Below are positions 14,948 to 25,021 of a stretch of DNA of 54,183 nucleotides, in pieces. The notes under the pieces are model-generated. The model saw nothing but the letters and a program-made list of their open reading frames with translations. It ran no database searches and had not been told where the DNA came from. A program made the position numbers and the translations under genes. Position 1 is the stretch's first letter; every line of letters begins with the position of its first letter. The DNA lies in IMG/VR virus record IMGVR_UViG_3300048906_000028, positions 1-54,183 of that record. One strand, 5' to 3'. This stretch comes from a virus.

Positions 14948-16267
14948 GTGGAGTTAGGTCTCGCCACCAAGCGTGAATTGGCCCGGTGGTACAAGCTCAT
15001 CGACCACGATGTCCAGACCCGCCTTATCCAGGCCGTAGCCAACGGCATCCGCTTCCCGGTGGTCCCTGCGGGCCGCCGATCCGGTAAGACCGAGCGCGCC
15101 AAGCGGTTCGTGGCCAAGACTGCCATGAAGAACGCGGGCGAAAAATACTTCATCGCGGCCCCCACCCGCGACCAGGTGAAAAAGATTTACTGGTCCGACA
15201 TGAAGTTGCTGACCCTGATGTCCCTGCAGGACAAGCAGCCGTCCGAGACCGACCTGATTATCTACCTGAACAACGGTACCGAAATCCACCTGATCGGCCT
15301 AGACCGCCCGGAGCGGATCGAGGGCATTTTGTGGACAGGCGGCGTGATCGATGAGATTGCCGACATCAAGGCCGAGGCATGGGAAGCAAATATCCGCCCT
15401 GCCCTGGACACGTTCAACCCGACGCGGCCGGATTACCTGGCCTGGTGCTGGCTGATCGGTGTGCCTGATGGTCTGAACCACTACTACGACATGGCCAAGT
15501 ACGCCGAGACCTCCGGCGATCCCGATTGGGGGCTGTTCGCCTGGAAGTCCAGCGAAATCCTACCGGCCCGGACCATCGAGGCGGCCAAGCGTCAGATGTC
15601 GGCCAAACAGTACAGGCAAGAATACGAGGCTACCTTTGAAGGGGTCAGCGGCCGCATTTACGAGGACTATTCTAAAGACAATCATACCAAAGAGACCATC
15701 CAGCCCCATGAGCAACTGCTCTGGATGCATGATCAAAACTTCACGCCGCTGTCCTCGGCCGTGGGCGTACGCCGGGACGATAAACTGTTCCTGCTGGATG
15801 AAATCGTACTGACCAGCGCCATTTCCAAACAGTCCGCCGTGGAATTTGTAGATAAATTCAAAGACCATAAAAACAAACATGTCCTGATATATGGGGACCC
15901 TGCAGGCAGGGCGGGTGAGAAACATGGGCACGCATCGGACTATCTTGACATCGAGGCCGTCTTGAGGTCTAATGGCTGGACTTTTACACGCAAAGTGAAA
16001 CCCGCAGCACCCTCAATCAAGGACAGACAAAATGCAGTAAGGGCGATGACATGCACGGCGGACGGGGTTAGAACACTATTCGTGAACCCGGTCACCGCCA
16101 AGTGGTGCGATAAGGGTCTGTCGACGGTCCAAGTAAAGGAGGGGTCAACCTTCCAAGAGGACCAGAAGAACAAGTACCAACACATCACCACTGCCATCGG
16201 TTACTGCGTAGATGTTGAATGGCCGATCGCCAAGAGAATCGCCCAGGTTGAGAATTACAGGGCATAA
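14948..16267 (+). CDS. terL: Terminase large subunit
   Basis: 439 aa with Walker A-like PAGRRSGKTE and an IDEIADI (Walker B-like) motif. Positioned before the portal. Confidence 0.85.
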   Translation: MELGLATKRELARWYKLIDHDVQTRLIQAVANGIRFPVVPAGRRSGKTERAKRFVAKTAMKNAGEKYFIAAPTRDQVKKIYWSDMKLLTLMSLQDKQPSETDLIIYLNNGTEIHLIGLDRPERIEGILWTGGVIDEIADIKAEAWEANIRPALDTFNPTRPDYLAWCWLIGVPDGLNHYYDMAKYAETSGDPDWGLFAWKSSEILPARTIEAAKRQMSAKQYRQEYEATFEGVSGRIYEDYSKDNHTKETIQPHEQLLWMHDQNFTPLSSAVGVRRDDKLFLLDEIVLTSAISKQSAVEFVDKFKDHKNKHVLIYGDPAGRAGEKHGHASDYLDIEAVLRSNGWTFTRKVKPAAPSIKDRQNAVRAMTCTADGVRTLFVNPVTAKWCDKGLSTVQVKEGSTFQEDQKNKYQHITTAIGYCVDVEWPIAKRIAQVENYRA

Positions 16268-16280
16268 AGGAACAAAACTA

Positions 16281-17735
16281 ATGTCAGTCCGCGATAAAAG
16301 CAAAGCAGTCGAAGCGATGGCCCAGGATTGGGGCCTCATTTGCGCTTTGTTGGGCGGCACCTCCGGCATGCGGGCCGCAGGCCCTGCCTTCCTGACCCGC
16401 TGGCCGAACGAGGACCAGGAATCCTACGATGCGCGCCTCAAGGCCGCGACTCTGTTTCCCGCCTTCGGCCGTACCATCGAGGTCCTGGCAGGTAAGCCAT
16501 TCTCCAAGCCCATTACCTTGGGTGACGATGTCCCCTCCCGCATCCAGGAATGGACCGAGGACATCGACCTGTCCGGCCGCAACCTGCACGCCTTTGGCGG
16601 GTCAATGCTGGAAGAGGTCCTGGCCTTCGGCATCGGCGGCATCCTGGTCGATTTCCCCGTCACCAAGACCGAAGATGGCAAACCGCCCCGCACTGTCGCC
16701 GAGGAAGCCGCAGCCGGGGTGCGCCCTTACTTCATCCAGATTCACCCGCAAAACATCCTCGGATGGAAGCATACGCGGGTCAATGGCAGTGATGTCCTGA
16801 CCCAACTGCGCATCCTGGAGATTGTGAACGATGACGCGGGTGACTTCAACGAGGTCCAGGTTGAGCAGGTGCGCGTTCTGGAGCCTGGCGTGTGGTCGGT
16901 GTGGCGTGAAAGCAACGAAGTTGGCCCTGATGGGAAAAAGGTGTGGAAGATCGTTGATCAAGGCACCACCAGCTACCAGGGTGTACCATTCTCCCCCGCC
17001 TATGGCAAGCGCAAAGGCTTCATGAACGCCGTGCCCCCGCTGCTGGAAATGGCGCACATGAACCGGAAGCATTGGAATTCGCAGAGCGACCAGGACACCC
17101 TGCTCCACGTGGCCCGCGTGCCCATCCTGGCGGTCACCGGCATCGAAGACGACAAATGGAAGCTGACCATCGGTGCGGCAGCGGCCGTAAAGCTCCCCCT
17201 GGACTCCACCCTGGAGTACGTCGAGCATTCCGGCGCGGCCATCAAGGCGGGTGCGGACTCCCTGCTGGCCCTGGAAGATCAAATGCGCCAGGCTGGCGCT
17301 GAACTGCTGATTATCACCCCTGGCGGCACGACCGTCGCCCAGACGGAAGCAGATAACGAGCAAAGCACCTGCGTACTCCAGCGGGTGGCCTCAGACCTGG
17401 AAGATTGCATCGATAACGCTTTGCAGATCATGGCCGAGTGGGTAGGTGAGGCCGAAGGCGGCCACGTTACCATCTACAAAGACTTCGGTGCTGCGAGCCT
17501 GGCCGAGGCGACCGCCGACCTGCTGCTCAAGATGAACATGGCAGGCAAGCTGTCCGACGAGACCCTGTTTGAGGAAGCACAACGCCGGGGCATTATCGGC
17601 CCAGATGTCAAGTGGACCGAAGAGAAGGATCGAATTGACACCCAGGGTCCAGCACTGGGCACACCGCCCGCTGGTGGTGACGCGCCTTCCGCCAAAACCA
17701 CGCTCGACCCCGCCAACCCTGACGACGCCCTGTAA
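16281..17735 (+). CDS. Portal protein
   Basis: 484 aa from ATG 16281, just after the terL stop. Size and position match a portal. The N-terminus resembles DUF4055-type portals. Confidence 0.8.
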   Translation: MSVRDKSKAVEAMAQDWGLICALLGGTSGMRAAGPAFLTRWPNEDQESYDARLKAATLFPAFGRTIEVLAGKPFSKPITLGDDVPSRIQEWTEDIDLSGRNLHAFGGSMLEEVLAFGIGGILVDFPVTKTEDGKPPRTVAEEAAAGVRPYFIQIHPQNILGWKHTRVNGSDVLTQLRILEIVNDDAGDFNEVQVEQVRVLEPGVWSVWRESNEVGPDGKKVWKIVDQGTTSYQGVPFSPAYGKRKGFMNAVPPLLEMAHMNRKHWNSQSDQDTLLHVARVPILAVTGIEDDKWKLTIGAAAAVKLPLDSTLEYVEHSGAAIKAGADSLLALEDQMRQAGAELLIITPGGTTVAQTEADNEQSTCVLQRVASDLEDCIDNALQIMAEWVGEAEGGHVTIYKDFGAASLAEATADLLLKMNMAGKLSDETLFEEAQRRGIIGPDVKWTEEKDRIDTQGPALGTPPAGGDAPSAKTTLDPANPDDAL

Positions 17736-18853
17736 TGCCTAAGACCGCAAACGAGGCTTTGCTCGACGAAGCCATCCGCCACCAAATCGAGTTACAAAAG
17801 TACTCGAACCATGTCGTTCGCCAGATGGTATCCATCTTGAACGCCGTGGATGCGGATATGTTTGCACAGCTGTCCTCGGCCCTGGAGTCGATGTCGCCCG
17901 AACAGTTCACCGTCCAACGCCTGCAGGCTATGTTGGGTTCGTTCCGCGCTACGAATGCCTCGGCCTACGCCCAGGTGTCGAAGGAACTGACCAAAGAATT
18001 GCGCGACTTTACCGAATTCGAATCGCAGTACCAAAAGATGTCGCTGGAACATGCCTTCCCCTTCGAATTCAACGTCGCCAGTGTCTCGGTAGATCAGGTA
18101 TATGCGGCCGCGATGGCCAAGCCCTTCCAGGGCGCGCTGCTGTCCTCGGCCCTGGAAGGGCTGTCGGCGGCCCGTGCGCAGCGCGTCGAGCGCGCCATCG
18201 CCCACGGGTATGTTGAAGGCAAGACGTCCAGCGCCATCGTCCGCGAACTGCGCGGCACCAAGTCCTCGCACTACGCCGATGGTGTGACCGAGATTGACCG
18301 CCGCAACCTGCAATCGATCGTGCAGACTGCCATCGCCCACACGGCCGCCGTCACCCGCGACGCTGTGCACAAGGAGAACGCCGATGTGCTTGATGGGGAA
18401 ATGTGGTCTTCCACGCTGGATAACAAGACCACTAGCCTTTGCCGCATTCGTGATCATCTGCTATACACTGTTGATGACCATACGCCCATCGGGCACGATG
18501 TGCCGTGGCTTGCGGGACCCGGCGAGTTGCATTACAATTGCCGATCTTGTTCAGTGCCGGTACTTAAAAGCTGGTCCGAACTGCTCGGCGTCGACGGCAT
18601 CAACGAATCCGATTTCCTCGAAGGCACCCGCGCCAGTATGGATGGCCAGGTACCACGGCAAACTACCTATAATGAGTGGCTGTCGAAGCAATCGGCCGAA
18701 CGCCAGGACGAGGTGTTGGGGCCAGTTCGGGGCAAGCTGCTGCGTGAGGGTAAGCTAGCCCCCGAGAAAATGTACACGAACAGAGGCGAATATATGACCC
18801 TGCTTCAACTGCGCGCCAAGTATCCAGGCGCGTTCAGGAAGGCCGGTCTGTAA
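17735..18853 (+). CDS. Head morphogenesis / minor head protein (SPP1 gp7 / Mu F-like)
   Basis: 372 aa. TAATG overlap with the portal gene; this is the canonical position. Confidence 0.7.
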   Translation: MPKTANEALLDEAIRHQIELQKYSNHVVRQMVSILNAVDADMFAQLSSALESMSPEQFTVQRLQAMLGSFRATNASAYAQVSKELTKELRDFTEFESQYQKMSLEHAFPFEFNVASVSVDQVYAAAMAKPFQGALLSSALEGLSAARAQRVERAIAHGYVEGKTSSAIVRELRGTKSSHYADGVTEIDRRNLQSIVQTAIAHTAAVTRDAVHKENADVLDGEMWSSTLDNKTTSLCRIRDHLLYTVDDHTPIGHDVPWLAGPGELHYNCRSCSVPVLKSWSELLGVDGINESDFLEGTRASMDGQVPRQTTYNEWLSKQSAERQDEVLGPVRGKLLREGKLAPEKMYTNRGEYMTLLQLRAKYPGAFRKAGL

Positions 18854-18893
18854 TCGCGAAGCTACTGATATAGCCGAGGGCTTATCAGAGCGC

Positions 18894-18920
18894 AAGGAAA
18901 GTACCTCCCGTGCGGCAGGA
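18894..18920 (+). repeat. GTACC box copy
   Basis: AAGGAAAGTACCTCCCGTGCGGCAGGA lies in the gap before the scaffold gene. Confidence 0.7.
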
Positions 18921-19026
18921 ATGGCATGGAAGGTACCGAAGCTGACCCCGATGGATGTCGGACAGCGCATATTGGGTCGGATGACCCTCCCCGCAAACTA
19001 AGGCTGGATGGCCGGAAAGTACTACC

Positions 19027-19782
19027 ATGAAACTGAAACTCGACGCGAACGGCAATGTTGTACTGCAAGATGGCAAACCTGTCTATATCAAGGATGACGG
19101 CACCGAAGTCGCCTTCGATGTGGTCGGCACCACCAACACCATCGCCAACTTGAACCGCGAGGCGAAAACGCACCGCGAAGCCAAGGAAGCTGCAGAAGGC
19201 AAGCTGGCCGCTTACACCGGCATCACCGATCCAGCCGCCGCCCTGGCAGCCTTGGATACGCTGTCCAAGATCGATCAGAAAAAGTTGATCGACGCCGGGG
19301 AAATCGATCGCGTCCGCAACGAAATCGGCAAAAGTTTCGAAACCAAGCTGAGCGATGTGACCACCCGGGCGCAAGCCCTGGAGAATCAGCTGTTCGCCGA
19401 GAAGGTCGGCGGCGCGTTCACCCGTTCCAAGTTCATCGCCGAGAAGATGGCCATCCCGGCCGACTTGGCGGAAGCACGCTTTGGCAAACACTTCACGCTG
19501 GAAGACGGCAAGGTGGTGGCCAAAGACGCGAACGGCAACAAGCTGTATTCGCAGGCGAACCCTGGCGTATATGCTGATTTCGATGAAGCCATCGGCATGC
19601 TGGTGGACCAGTACCCCCACAAGGATCATATCCTCAAGGGTTCGGGTGCAAGTGGTTCGGGTGCAAGTTCCAGTGTCGCGGCAGGCGGCGGCAAACGTTC
19701 CATCACACGTGCGCAGTTCGACGCTCTTGATCCGCAGTCCAAAGCTTCGGAAATCAAGGGCGGGACCGTCGTTACGGACTAA
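19027..19782 (+). CDS. Scaffolding protein
   Basis: 251 aa, charged and helical, directly upstream of the capsid gene. Confidence 0.7.
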   Translation: MKLKLDANGNVVLQDGKPVYIKDDGTEVAFDVVGTTNTIANLNREAKTHREAKEAAEGKLAAYTGITDPAAALAALDTLSKIDQKKLIDAGEIDRVRNEIGKSFETKLSDVTTRAQALENQLFAEKVGGAFTRSKFIAEKMAIPADLAEARFGKHFTLEDGKVVAKDANGNKLYSQANPGVYADFDEAIGMLVDQYPHKDHILKGSGASGSGASSSVAAGGGKRSITRAQFDALDPQSKASEIKGGTVVTD

Positions 19783-19826
19783 GCAGTTAAACGTAACAAA
19801 ATCCTATCCACTTTGAAAGGTAACAA

Positions 19827-20990
19827 ATGGGCGCTCTTACTCTCACCGGCCTGATCCCGACCATCTACAACGCGATGAACGTCGTCGCCCGCGAGCGTGT
19901 CGGTTTCATCCCCGCAGTTTCCCGTGACTCCCGCGCCGAACAGGCAGCCGTGGGCCAGACCGTGATGTCGCCAGTCGTCGGCGTGATGACGGCTGAAGAC
20001 CTGGCCCCCGCGCCCTACGCCGCCGATACGCCGAACCAGACCATCGACAACGTGCAGATGACCATCACCAAAGCACGCTCGGTACCGTTCGGCATTACCG
20101 GCGAGGAAACCCGCGCACTGCAAAACGCGGGCACCTACGGCAACATCAACGAGCAGCGCATCACGCAGGCTTTGCGCACGCTGTGCAACGAAATGGAAGG
20201 CGACCTGGCCGCAATGGCCAACAAGCTGTCCCGTGGCTACGGCACCCCCGGCACCGTCCCCTTCGGCACGGCGGGCGACCTGTCCGACTTCGCCCAACCG
20301 ATGAAAATCCTCAAGGACAACGGTGCACCCACCGGTGACAACCACCTGGTCCTGGGTACTGGCGCGATGGCCAACATGGCGGGCAAACAGTCCGTCCTGT
20401 TCAAGGTCAACGAAGCCAATTCGGAAGACCTGCTGCGCAACGGCATCATCGCCCGCGTCCAGGGCTTTGACCTGCATGAATCGGCACAGATCGTGACCCC
20501 CGTGGCCGGTACCGGCGCGACCGCCACGACCAATGCCGCAGGCTACGCCAAAGGCACCCGTACCATCACGCTGGCTGCTGCTGGTACGGGTACGGTCGTG
20601 GCGGGCGACCTGATCAAGTTCGCTGGCGACACGAACATGTACATGATCGAAGTCGGCAACGGCAACGTGTCGGCGGGCGGTACCATCAAGCTGGCGGCAC
20701 CCGGCCTGATGCAAGCCCTGCCTGCCTCGGCCCAGGGCATCACCATCGTGGCCGCCGCCCCGCGCAATGCGTTCTTCAACCGCGCAGCCATCCAGCTGGC
20801 CACCCGCGCCCCCGCCATGCCCGAAGGTGGTGACTCGGCCGACGACATCATGTACGTCACCGATCCGGTCTCCGGCATCACCTTCGAGTTCGCGGTTTAC
20901 CGCCAGAAGCGCCAGGTGCGTTACGAAGTCAACCTGGCCTGGGGCGTCGCCGCGCCGAACCCGCACTTGGGCGGCGTGCTGCTCGGCTAA
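19827..20990 (+). CDS. Major capsid protein
   Basis: 387 aa after the scaffold gene and followed by a strong hairpin. Probably related to P22-coat-like capsid proteins (judged from memory). Confidence 0.8.
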   Translation: MGALTLTGLIPTIYNAMNVVARERVGFIPAVSRDSRAEQAAVGQTVMSPVVGVMTAEDLAPAPYAADTPNQTIDNVQMTITKARSVPFGITGEETRALQNAGTYGNINEQRITQALRTLCNEMEGDLAAMANKLSRGYGTPGTVPFGTAGDLSDFAQPMKILKDNGAPTGDNHLVLGTGAMANMAGKQSVLFKVNEANSEDLLRNGIIARVQGFDLHESAQIVTPVAGTGATATTNAAGYAKGTRTITLAAAGTGTVVAGDLIKFAGDTNMYMIEVGNGNVSAGGTIKLAAPGLMQALPASAQGITIVAAAPRNAFFNRAAIQLATRAPAMPEGGDSADDIMYVTDPVSGITFEFAVYRQKRQVRYEVNLAWGVAAPNPHLGGVLLG

Positions 20991-21007
20991 TCACCTGCAG
21001 TGAACCT

Positions 21008-21029
21008 GGCGGGGACTTCGGTCCCCGCC
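21008..21029 (+). terminator. Stem-loop after the capsid gene
   Basis: GGCGGGGAC-TTCG-GTCCCCGCC, a perfect 9-bp stem. The tail TCCTCG is not T-rich. Confidence 0.55.
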
Positions 21030-21064
21030 TCCTCGCAATTCCAATTAAATTTACGGAGCAAGAT

Positions 21065-21223
21065 ATGAAAAAAGTTCAACCCTGGGGCGACGATCAAGGC
21101 GATTTCGTGATGATCGATGACGACCAATTCGATCCCGACTTCCATGTCGAAATCGTCGACCCTGCCCCCGCCAAGCCCCCCAAGGGCAAGAGCAAATCCG
21201 ACGCTGGCGCTTCGGCCCAGTAA
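21065..21223 (+). CDS. Small acidic/basic hypothetical protein (52 aa)
   Basis: ATG 21065 has GGAG 8 nt upstream. It falls below the ORF-track length cut-off. Confidence 0.4.
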   Translation: MKKVQPWGDDQGDFVMIDDDQFDPDFHVEIVDPAPAKPPKGKSKSDAGASAQ

Positions 21224-21249
21224 TCTCCAAACTCTATACGGAGTCAAAT

Positions 21250-21834
21250 ATGCGGGGTTTTCTCGAAAAGGTCAAGGCGCTCATGGTGGCGACCTTGGCT
21301 ACCCTGTTCCCGGTCGGCATGACGGAACAGATGCAGGCAGCGGGCGTGTTCACCGCCGTGTGCCGCGATAAAGACGGCAACATCAAGTGGACCGACACTT
21401 TCCACAATGTTGTCACCACGGTCGGCGCAAATGACATGCTGGACAAGTATTTCGCGGGTTCCGCGTATACCGGTGCATTCTACCTGGGCGTGATATCGGC
21501 CGTCAGTTATACCGGCGTGCCGGTGATTGGCGATACGATGTCCTCGCACCCCACCTGGACGGAAGCGGGCGCTACCAATGCACCCACCTACAGCCAAGGT
21601 TCCCGACCGTCCGCTGTTTGGTCGGCGGCGGCCGCCAAGAGCAAAGCCCTGTCCGGTGTCGGCTGCACGTTCAACATTACGTCGGCTGGTACACTCAAGG
21701 GCGCTTTCTTGTCGACCGTCGCAACCAAGGACGGCACCACCGGCATCTTGTTCAGCGCTGGCCTGTTCCAGGGCGGTGACAAGGTGGTGGCCAACACCGA
21801 CGTTATCACTGTCTCGTACAGTCTCGGCGTCTAA
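21250..21834 (+). CDS. Virion-module hypothetical protein (194 aa)
   Basis: ORF with a GGAG ribosome-binding site and a hydrophobic N-terminus. No domain recognised. Confidence 0.65.
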   Translation: MRGFLEKVKALMVATLATLFPVGMTEQMQAAGVFTAVCRDKDGNIKWTDTFHNVVTTVGANDMLDKYFAGSAYTGAFYLGVISAVSYTGVPVIGDTMSSHPTWTEAGATNAPTYSQGSRPSAVWSAAAAKSKALSGVGCTFNITSAGTLKGAFLSTVATKDGTTGILFSAGLFQGGDKVVANTDVITVSYSLGV

Positions 21835-21845
21835 GGAGAAGCAAC

Positions 21846-22031
21846 ATGGGCTTGAAATACAAGAAGGGTGAAGCGGTTGTGCAGAAGATCACGCCAATCT
21901 CCGGCGTGATTACCGACGCACATATCGTGGATTCCGATGTGGTGTACGAAGTCGAATTCGATGGTCCGGATGGCGAGAAACACTCGCGCACCTTCACCGA
22001 AGACGAAATCGAGGCGGCCGTGGCCGCGTAG
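21846..22031 (+). CDS. Hypothetical protein (61 aa)
   Basis: ORF with an AAGGAGAAG ribosome-binding site. Confidence 0.55.
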   Translation: MGLKYKKGEAVVQKITPISGVITDAHIVDSDVVYEVEFDGPDGEKHSRTFTEDEIEAAVAA

Positions 22032-22039
22032 TAAACCCC

Positions 22040-22059
22040 GGGCCGCCTCCGTGCGGCCC
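22040..22059 (+). terminator. Stem-loop
   Basis: GGGCCGC-CTCCGT-GCGGCCC, with no T-tract. Confidence 0.35.
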
Positions 22060-22080
22060 TAAGAATTCAGAAGGACTACC

Positions 22081-22530
22081 ATGACCCCGAATCAGAAGGC
22101 AGCGATTGAAGGCGCGATGCAGCGCGCAATGACCCCGAATGAAGAGGCCATGTGCGCCGCTTCCATTGCGGACCCGGAGGCACGCGTGACCCATCCAATC
22201 GCCACCCTGATTTCGAGTTGCCGCACGCGCCCATCATCCGCGATCATCGGTAATGGTACCGTCCTGGAAGTCCTCGGCATTGACGTCGGAAACGCGTTCC
22301 TTGATACGATCAACAATGCGGCCGCCTACCGGTATGTGAAACCGCTCGTGACCGATGGCCGCCTGCAGATCGCAAAGCCGCTGGTCCAGGCATCCATCCA
22401 GGCTATGGTCCCCGCCGTCCTGACCCAGGCCCAGGCCGACCAATTGTGCGCCCTTGGTAAAGAACCCTGGCCAATCACCGATGCCGAAGTCGTCGGCATG
22501 ATCTTCAATTTTGATGGGAGCGATATTTAA
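22081..22530 (+). CDS. Hypothetical protein (149 aa)
   Basis: ORF with an AGAAGGA ribosome-binding site. Confidence 0.65.
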   Translation: MTPNQKAAIEGAMQRAMTPNEEAMCAASIADPEARVTHPIATLISSCRTRPSSAIIGNGTVLEVLGIDVGNAFLDTINNAAAYRYVKPLVTDGRLQIAKPLVQASIQAMVPAVLTQAQADQLCALGKEPWPITDAEVVGMIFNFDGSDI

Positions 22531-22886
22531 TGGCCGCCACTAAAACCCCAAGACAGCTGCTAGCGTCGCAAACCCTGGCGGCGGGGGCATCGGTCAACGT
22601 CGCTGAGTGGAACCTGTCCACCGCGTATGGCGGTAAGCTCTGCATTCGAATCACCAACGGCTCGTCGCCGCCAGCTTCCGCCCCTGTTGTTACGTTTTTC
22701 TCCGGCGATGCCACCGGCAAGAAATATAAGCAATATTCCGCGGCTGGCGATGTGGTAGCATCGAGCCAGAATGACATTTACTTCACTTACGGTTTGGAAG
22801 ATATGTTCGCCAATGCTACCATTCAAAACGGCGGCGGTAACAGCATCACCGTAGAAGCGTACGGTCAAGAAGCAACCACCATCTGA
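22530..22886 (+). CDS. Hypothetical protein (118 aa)
   Basis: TAATG overlap with the upstream gene. Confidence 0.65.
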   Translation: MAATKTPRQLLASQTLAAGASVNVAEWNLSTAYGGKLCIRITNGSSPPASAPVVTFFSGDATGKKYKQYSAAGDVVASSQNDIYFTYGLEDMFANATIQNGGGNSITVEAYGQEATTI

Positions 22887-22895
22887 CGCCGCGCA

Positions 22896-25013
22896 ATGAG
22901 ATATCTTCAACCCCAGGACCAAACCCCCGACATCGATTGGAGCAATCCCATCACAAGGGGGATGATTAGCTGCATCTGGACTGGCCCTGGGATCAAGGGC
23001 GATATCTTAAAATTCAGGAATAAGAATTATTACGTAGCAAACCAGAACTCCACTTTGACCTTAGATAAACCGGGTCCTTATGGGGTAGGCATGTATCACA
23101 GCACACCCGATGCTTCGGGGCTGATTTCCGACCGAACGCCAATTGAGGCGGACCTTACTACTTCCCCGCAACCCCCCTTGACAATCCATCTTGCAGGCGA
23201 TTTTCCGCTCAGTGGATGGAGTGCGGGTTCAGGGTTGGAGTTGGCCGGATTTGGTGGCGAGGGCGGTTATACCGGTGTGGCTCTGGGCAGCGCTTATGGT
23301 TATTTGGGGGTATTCGCGTGCGATTCAACAGGGGTGCGTTTCTACACCCAAGAATCCAACCCGCTGTCCGCTTCGTTCAGGTCCTGTACCGGTGTGGTTG
23401 TCCCTTCCGGATTCACACTGTACCGGGACGGCGTGCAAACCGCCCAGTCCTCCTGGTCAAATAATAAAATTTTGTATGGCGGTGATTATGCTCGTACTCG
23501 TATTTTCGGGGGCGACAATAATGACGGTGTAGCAGGCCAGCCGGGAACGGTTTTTTATTTCGCTGCATGGACCCGCGCTCTGTCCAAGGATGAAGTTAAA
23601 AGTTTAAGCGACAACCCTTGGCAAATCTTCAGGAAAAAACGCTTCATCGTCAAGGCCAGCGCCCCTACAGGTCCTTACGCCGTAACCTACTCCGAAACGC
23701 TCGCCGCTCTTGAATCCTGCGCAGTCATGGTCACATCGGCCGGTGCGATGTCGGAGACCGGTAACGCGGTGGACTCGCGCCTGGCTTCCTGGAACACGGC
23801 CGCGATGCTGACCGAGGCGGGGGCCGCGCTCGACAGTAACGGGGCTGTCCAGAACCGCACGGCCGTGCAGGTCGAAACCGGTTCGGCCGCCGAATCCGCC
23901 GACTCCGCCGACACGCGCTCTGCATCCCAAGCCGAGACCGGCGCGGCGGCCGACTCGCAAAACTCCATCGATACCCGGGCGGCAACTCAAGCCGAGACCG
24001 GCGCGGCGGCCGATTCCCTTGATTCCGTGGATACGCGCACGGCCGCCCAAACCGAGACCGGCGCGGCCCTGGATTCCCAGTCCTCCGCCAACAATACCAG
24101 CACCAGCCAGGCGGAGACCGGGGGCGCAGCCGAATCTTCAGCTTCGTCGGTTGGCGGTACCTTGAATGTGGTCGACGCATCCAACGCCGCTGACCAGGTG
24201 GCGGGTTCCAACTCCACTACGGCCGCACAAGCCGAACTGGCTAATGGCCTGGAATCGCAATCCGGTTCCAACTCCACCACGGCCGCCCAAACCGAGTCCG
24301 GGGCGGCCGTCGACGCCGGTACCCCTGTCAACTCCACGACAGCCAGCGCCAGCGATACCCTGGCCGCCGCAGAAGTGCAAGCCAACTCGGCCGGGGCCAG
24401 CATCCAGGTGGCCGAGAGCCTGGCCGCCATTGAATCAATCCTGGCCACTGGCGCATTCTCGGCTGCACTTGCGGAGTCCGGATACGCCGCCGAGGCCTCC
24501 CTTGGTATTCTCCTTGGTATCGCGAACCTGGCCGAATACTTGAATAGCCTGGATAGTTCCTCGCCCTCTCTCTTGGCCTCCGTTAACCTCGTCGACGGCC
24601 TGAACGCGGCGGACCAGTCATACAGCCTGGGAGCATCCCAAATCCTCCAATCGGAGAGCCTGGCCGCCGCCGACCAGGCAACCGGTTCCGGCACGTTCTC
24701 GGTGAACCTTGCCGAGGCCGTGGCTGCCCTGGACAGCGCTATCGGATCGATGTCGACAATGGCCGCGATGGCAGAATCGTCGGCAGCGGCCGAAAACCTG
24801 GTAACGACCCTGGCCACTACCGCAATGATGGGCGAAACCGCTGTATTGGTGGAGGCCGTGGCGGGGTTCCTGGTAGGCAAAACCAACTATGACAATGTCC
24901 ACTCCTCCCTGGCCCGGACCCTCTTGGTAAAGGCACAGGAACGAACCCTCGCATTGACAGCGCAAGACCGCCGTGCGATAATCACCGCTGAAAATCGCGG
25001 GTTGAATTCCTAA
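22896..25013 (+). CDS. LamG/concanavalin-like N-terminal domain fused to a long Ala/Ser/Thr-rich repetitive tail (705 aa)
   Basis: FYFAAWTRALSKDEVKSLSDNPWQIF is typical of LamG-type jelly-rolls. The C-terminal 450 aa is low-complexity with 20-aa repeats. Confidence 0.7.
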   Translation: MRYLQPQDQTPDIDWSNPITRGMISCIWTGPGIKGDILKFRNKNYYVANQNSTLTLDKPGPYGVGMYHSTPDASGLISDRTPIEADLTTSPQPPLTIHLAGDFPLSGWSAGSGLELAGFGGEGGYTGVALGSAYGYLGVFACDSTGVRFYTQESNPLSASFRSCTGVVVPSGFTLYRDGVQTAQSSWSNNKILYGGDYARTRIFGGDNNDGVAGQPGTVFYFAAWTRALSKDEVKSLSDNPWQIFRKKRFIVKASAPTGPYAVTYSETLAALESCAVMVTSAGAMSETGNAVDSRLASWNTAAMLTEAGAALDSNGAVQNRTAVQVETGSAAESADSADTRSASQAETGAAADSQNSIDTRAATQAETGAAADSLDSVDTRTAAQTETGAALDSQSSANNTSTSQAETGGAAESSASSVGGTLNVVDASNAADQVAGSNSTTAAQAELANGLESQSGSNSTTAAQTESGAAVDAGTPVNSTTASASDTLAAAEVQANSAGASIQVAESLAAIESILATGAFSAALAESGYAAEASLGILLGIANLAEYLNSLDSSSPSLLASVNLVDGLNAADQSYSLGASQILQSESLAAADQATGSGTFSVNLAEAVAALDSAIGSMSTMAAMAESSAAAENLVTTLATTAMMGETAVLVEAVAGFLVGKTNYDNVHSSLARTLLVKAQERTLALTAQDRRAIITAENRGLNS
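23868..24167 (+). repeat. Tandem 60-bp repeats, about 5 copies, in frame
   Basis: Units start at 23868, 23928, 23988, 24048 and 24108 (CARGCCGAGACCGGCGCGGC...). They encode Q-x-E-T-G-A-A-x-D-S-x-x-S-x-D-T-R-x-A-x. Confidence 0.8.
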
Positions 25014-25021
25014 AGGCAATC

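Noticed and set aside
18921-19030. Small ORFs between the GTACC box and the scaffold gene (ATG 18921, 26 aa; ATG 18926, 34 aa ending in an ATGA overlap with 19027).
   Set aside because: They are too short, have no recognisable features, and two overlapping frames are equally open. They are kept only as a possibility.
19779-20966. Long minus-strand ORFs, including 19779..20966, 41774..42877, 43763..44908, 46484..47626, 49011..50129 and 6859..7824.
   Set aside because: Each lies antisense to a + strand gene with clear motifs (capsid, Prim-Pol, SNF2, SF1 helicase and others). The translations are Arg/Gly/Ala/His-rich and low-complexity, and no ribosome-binding sites were seen. Open antisense frames are expected in GC-rich DNA.
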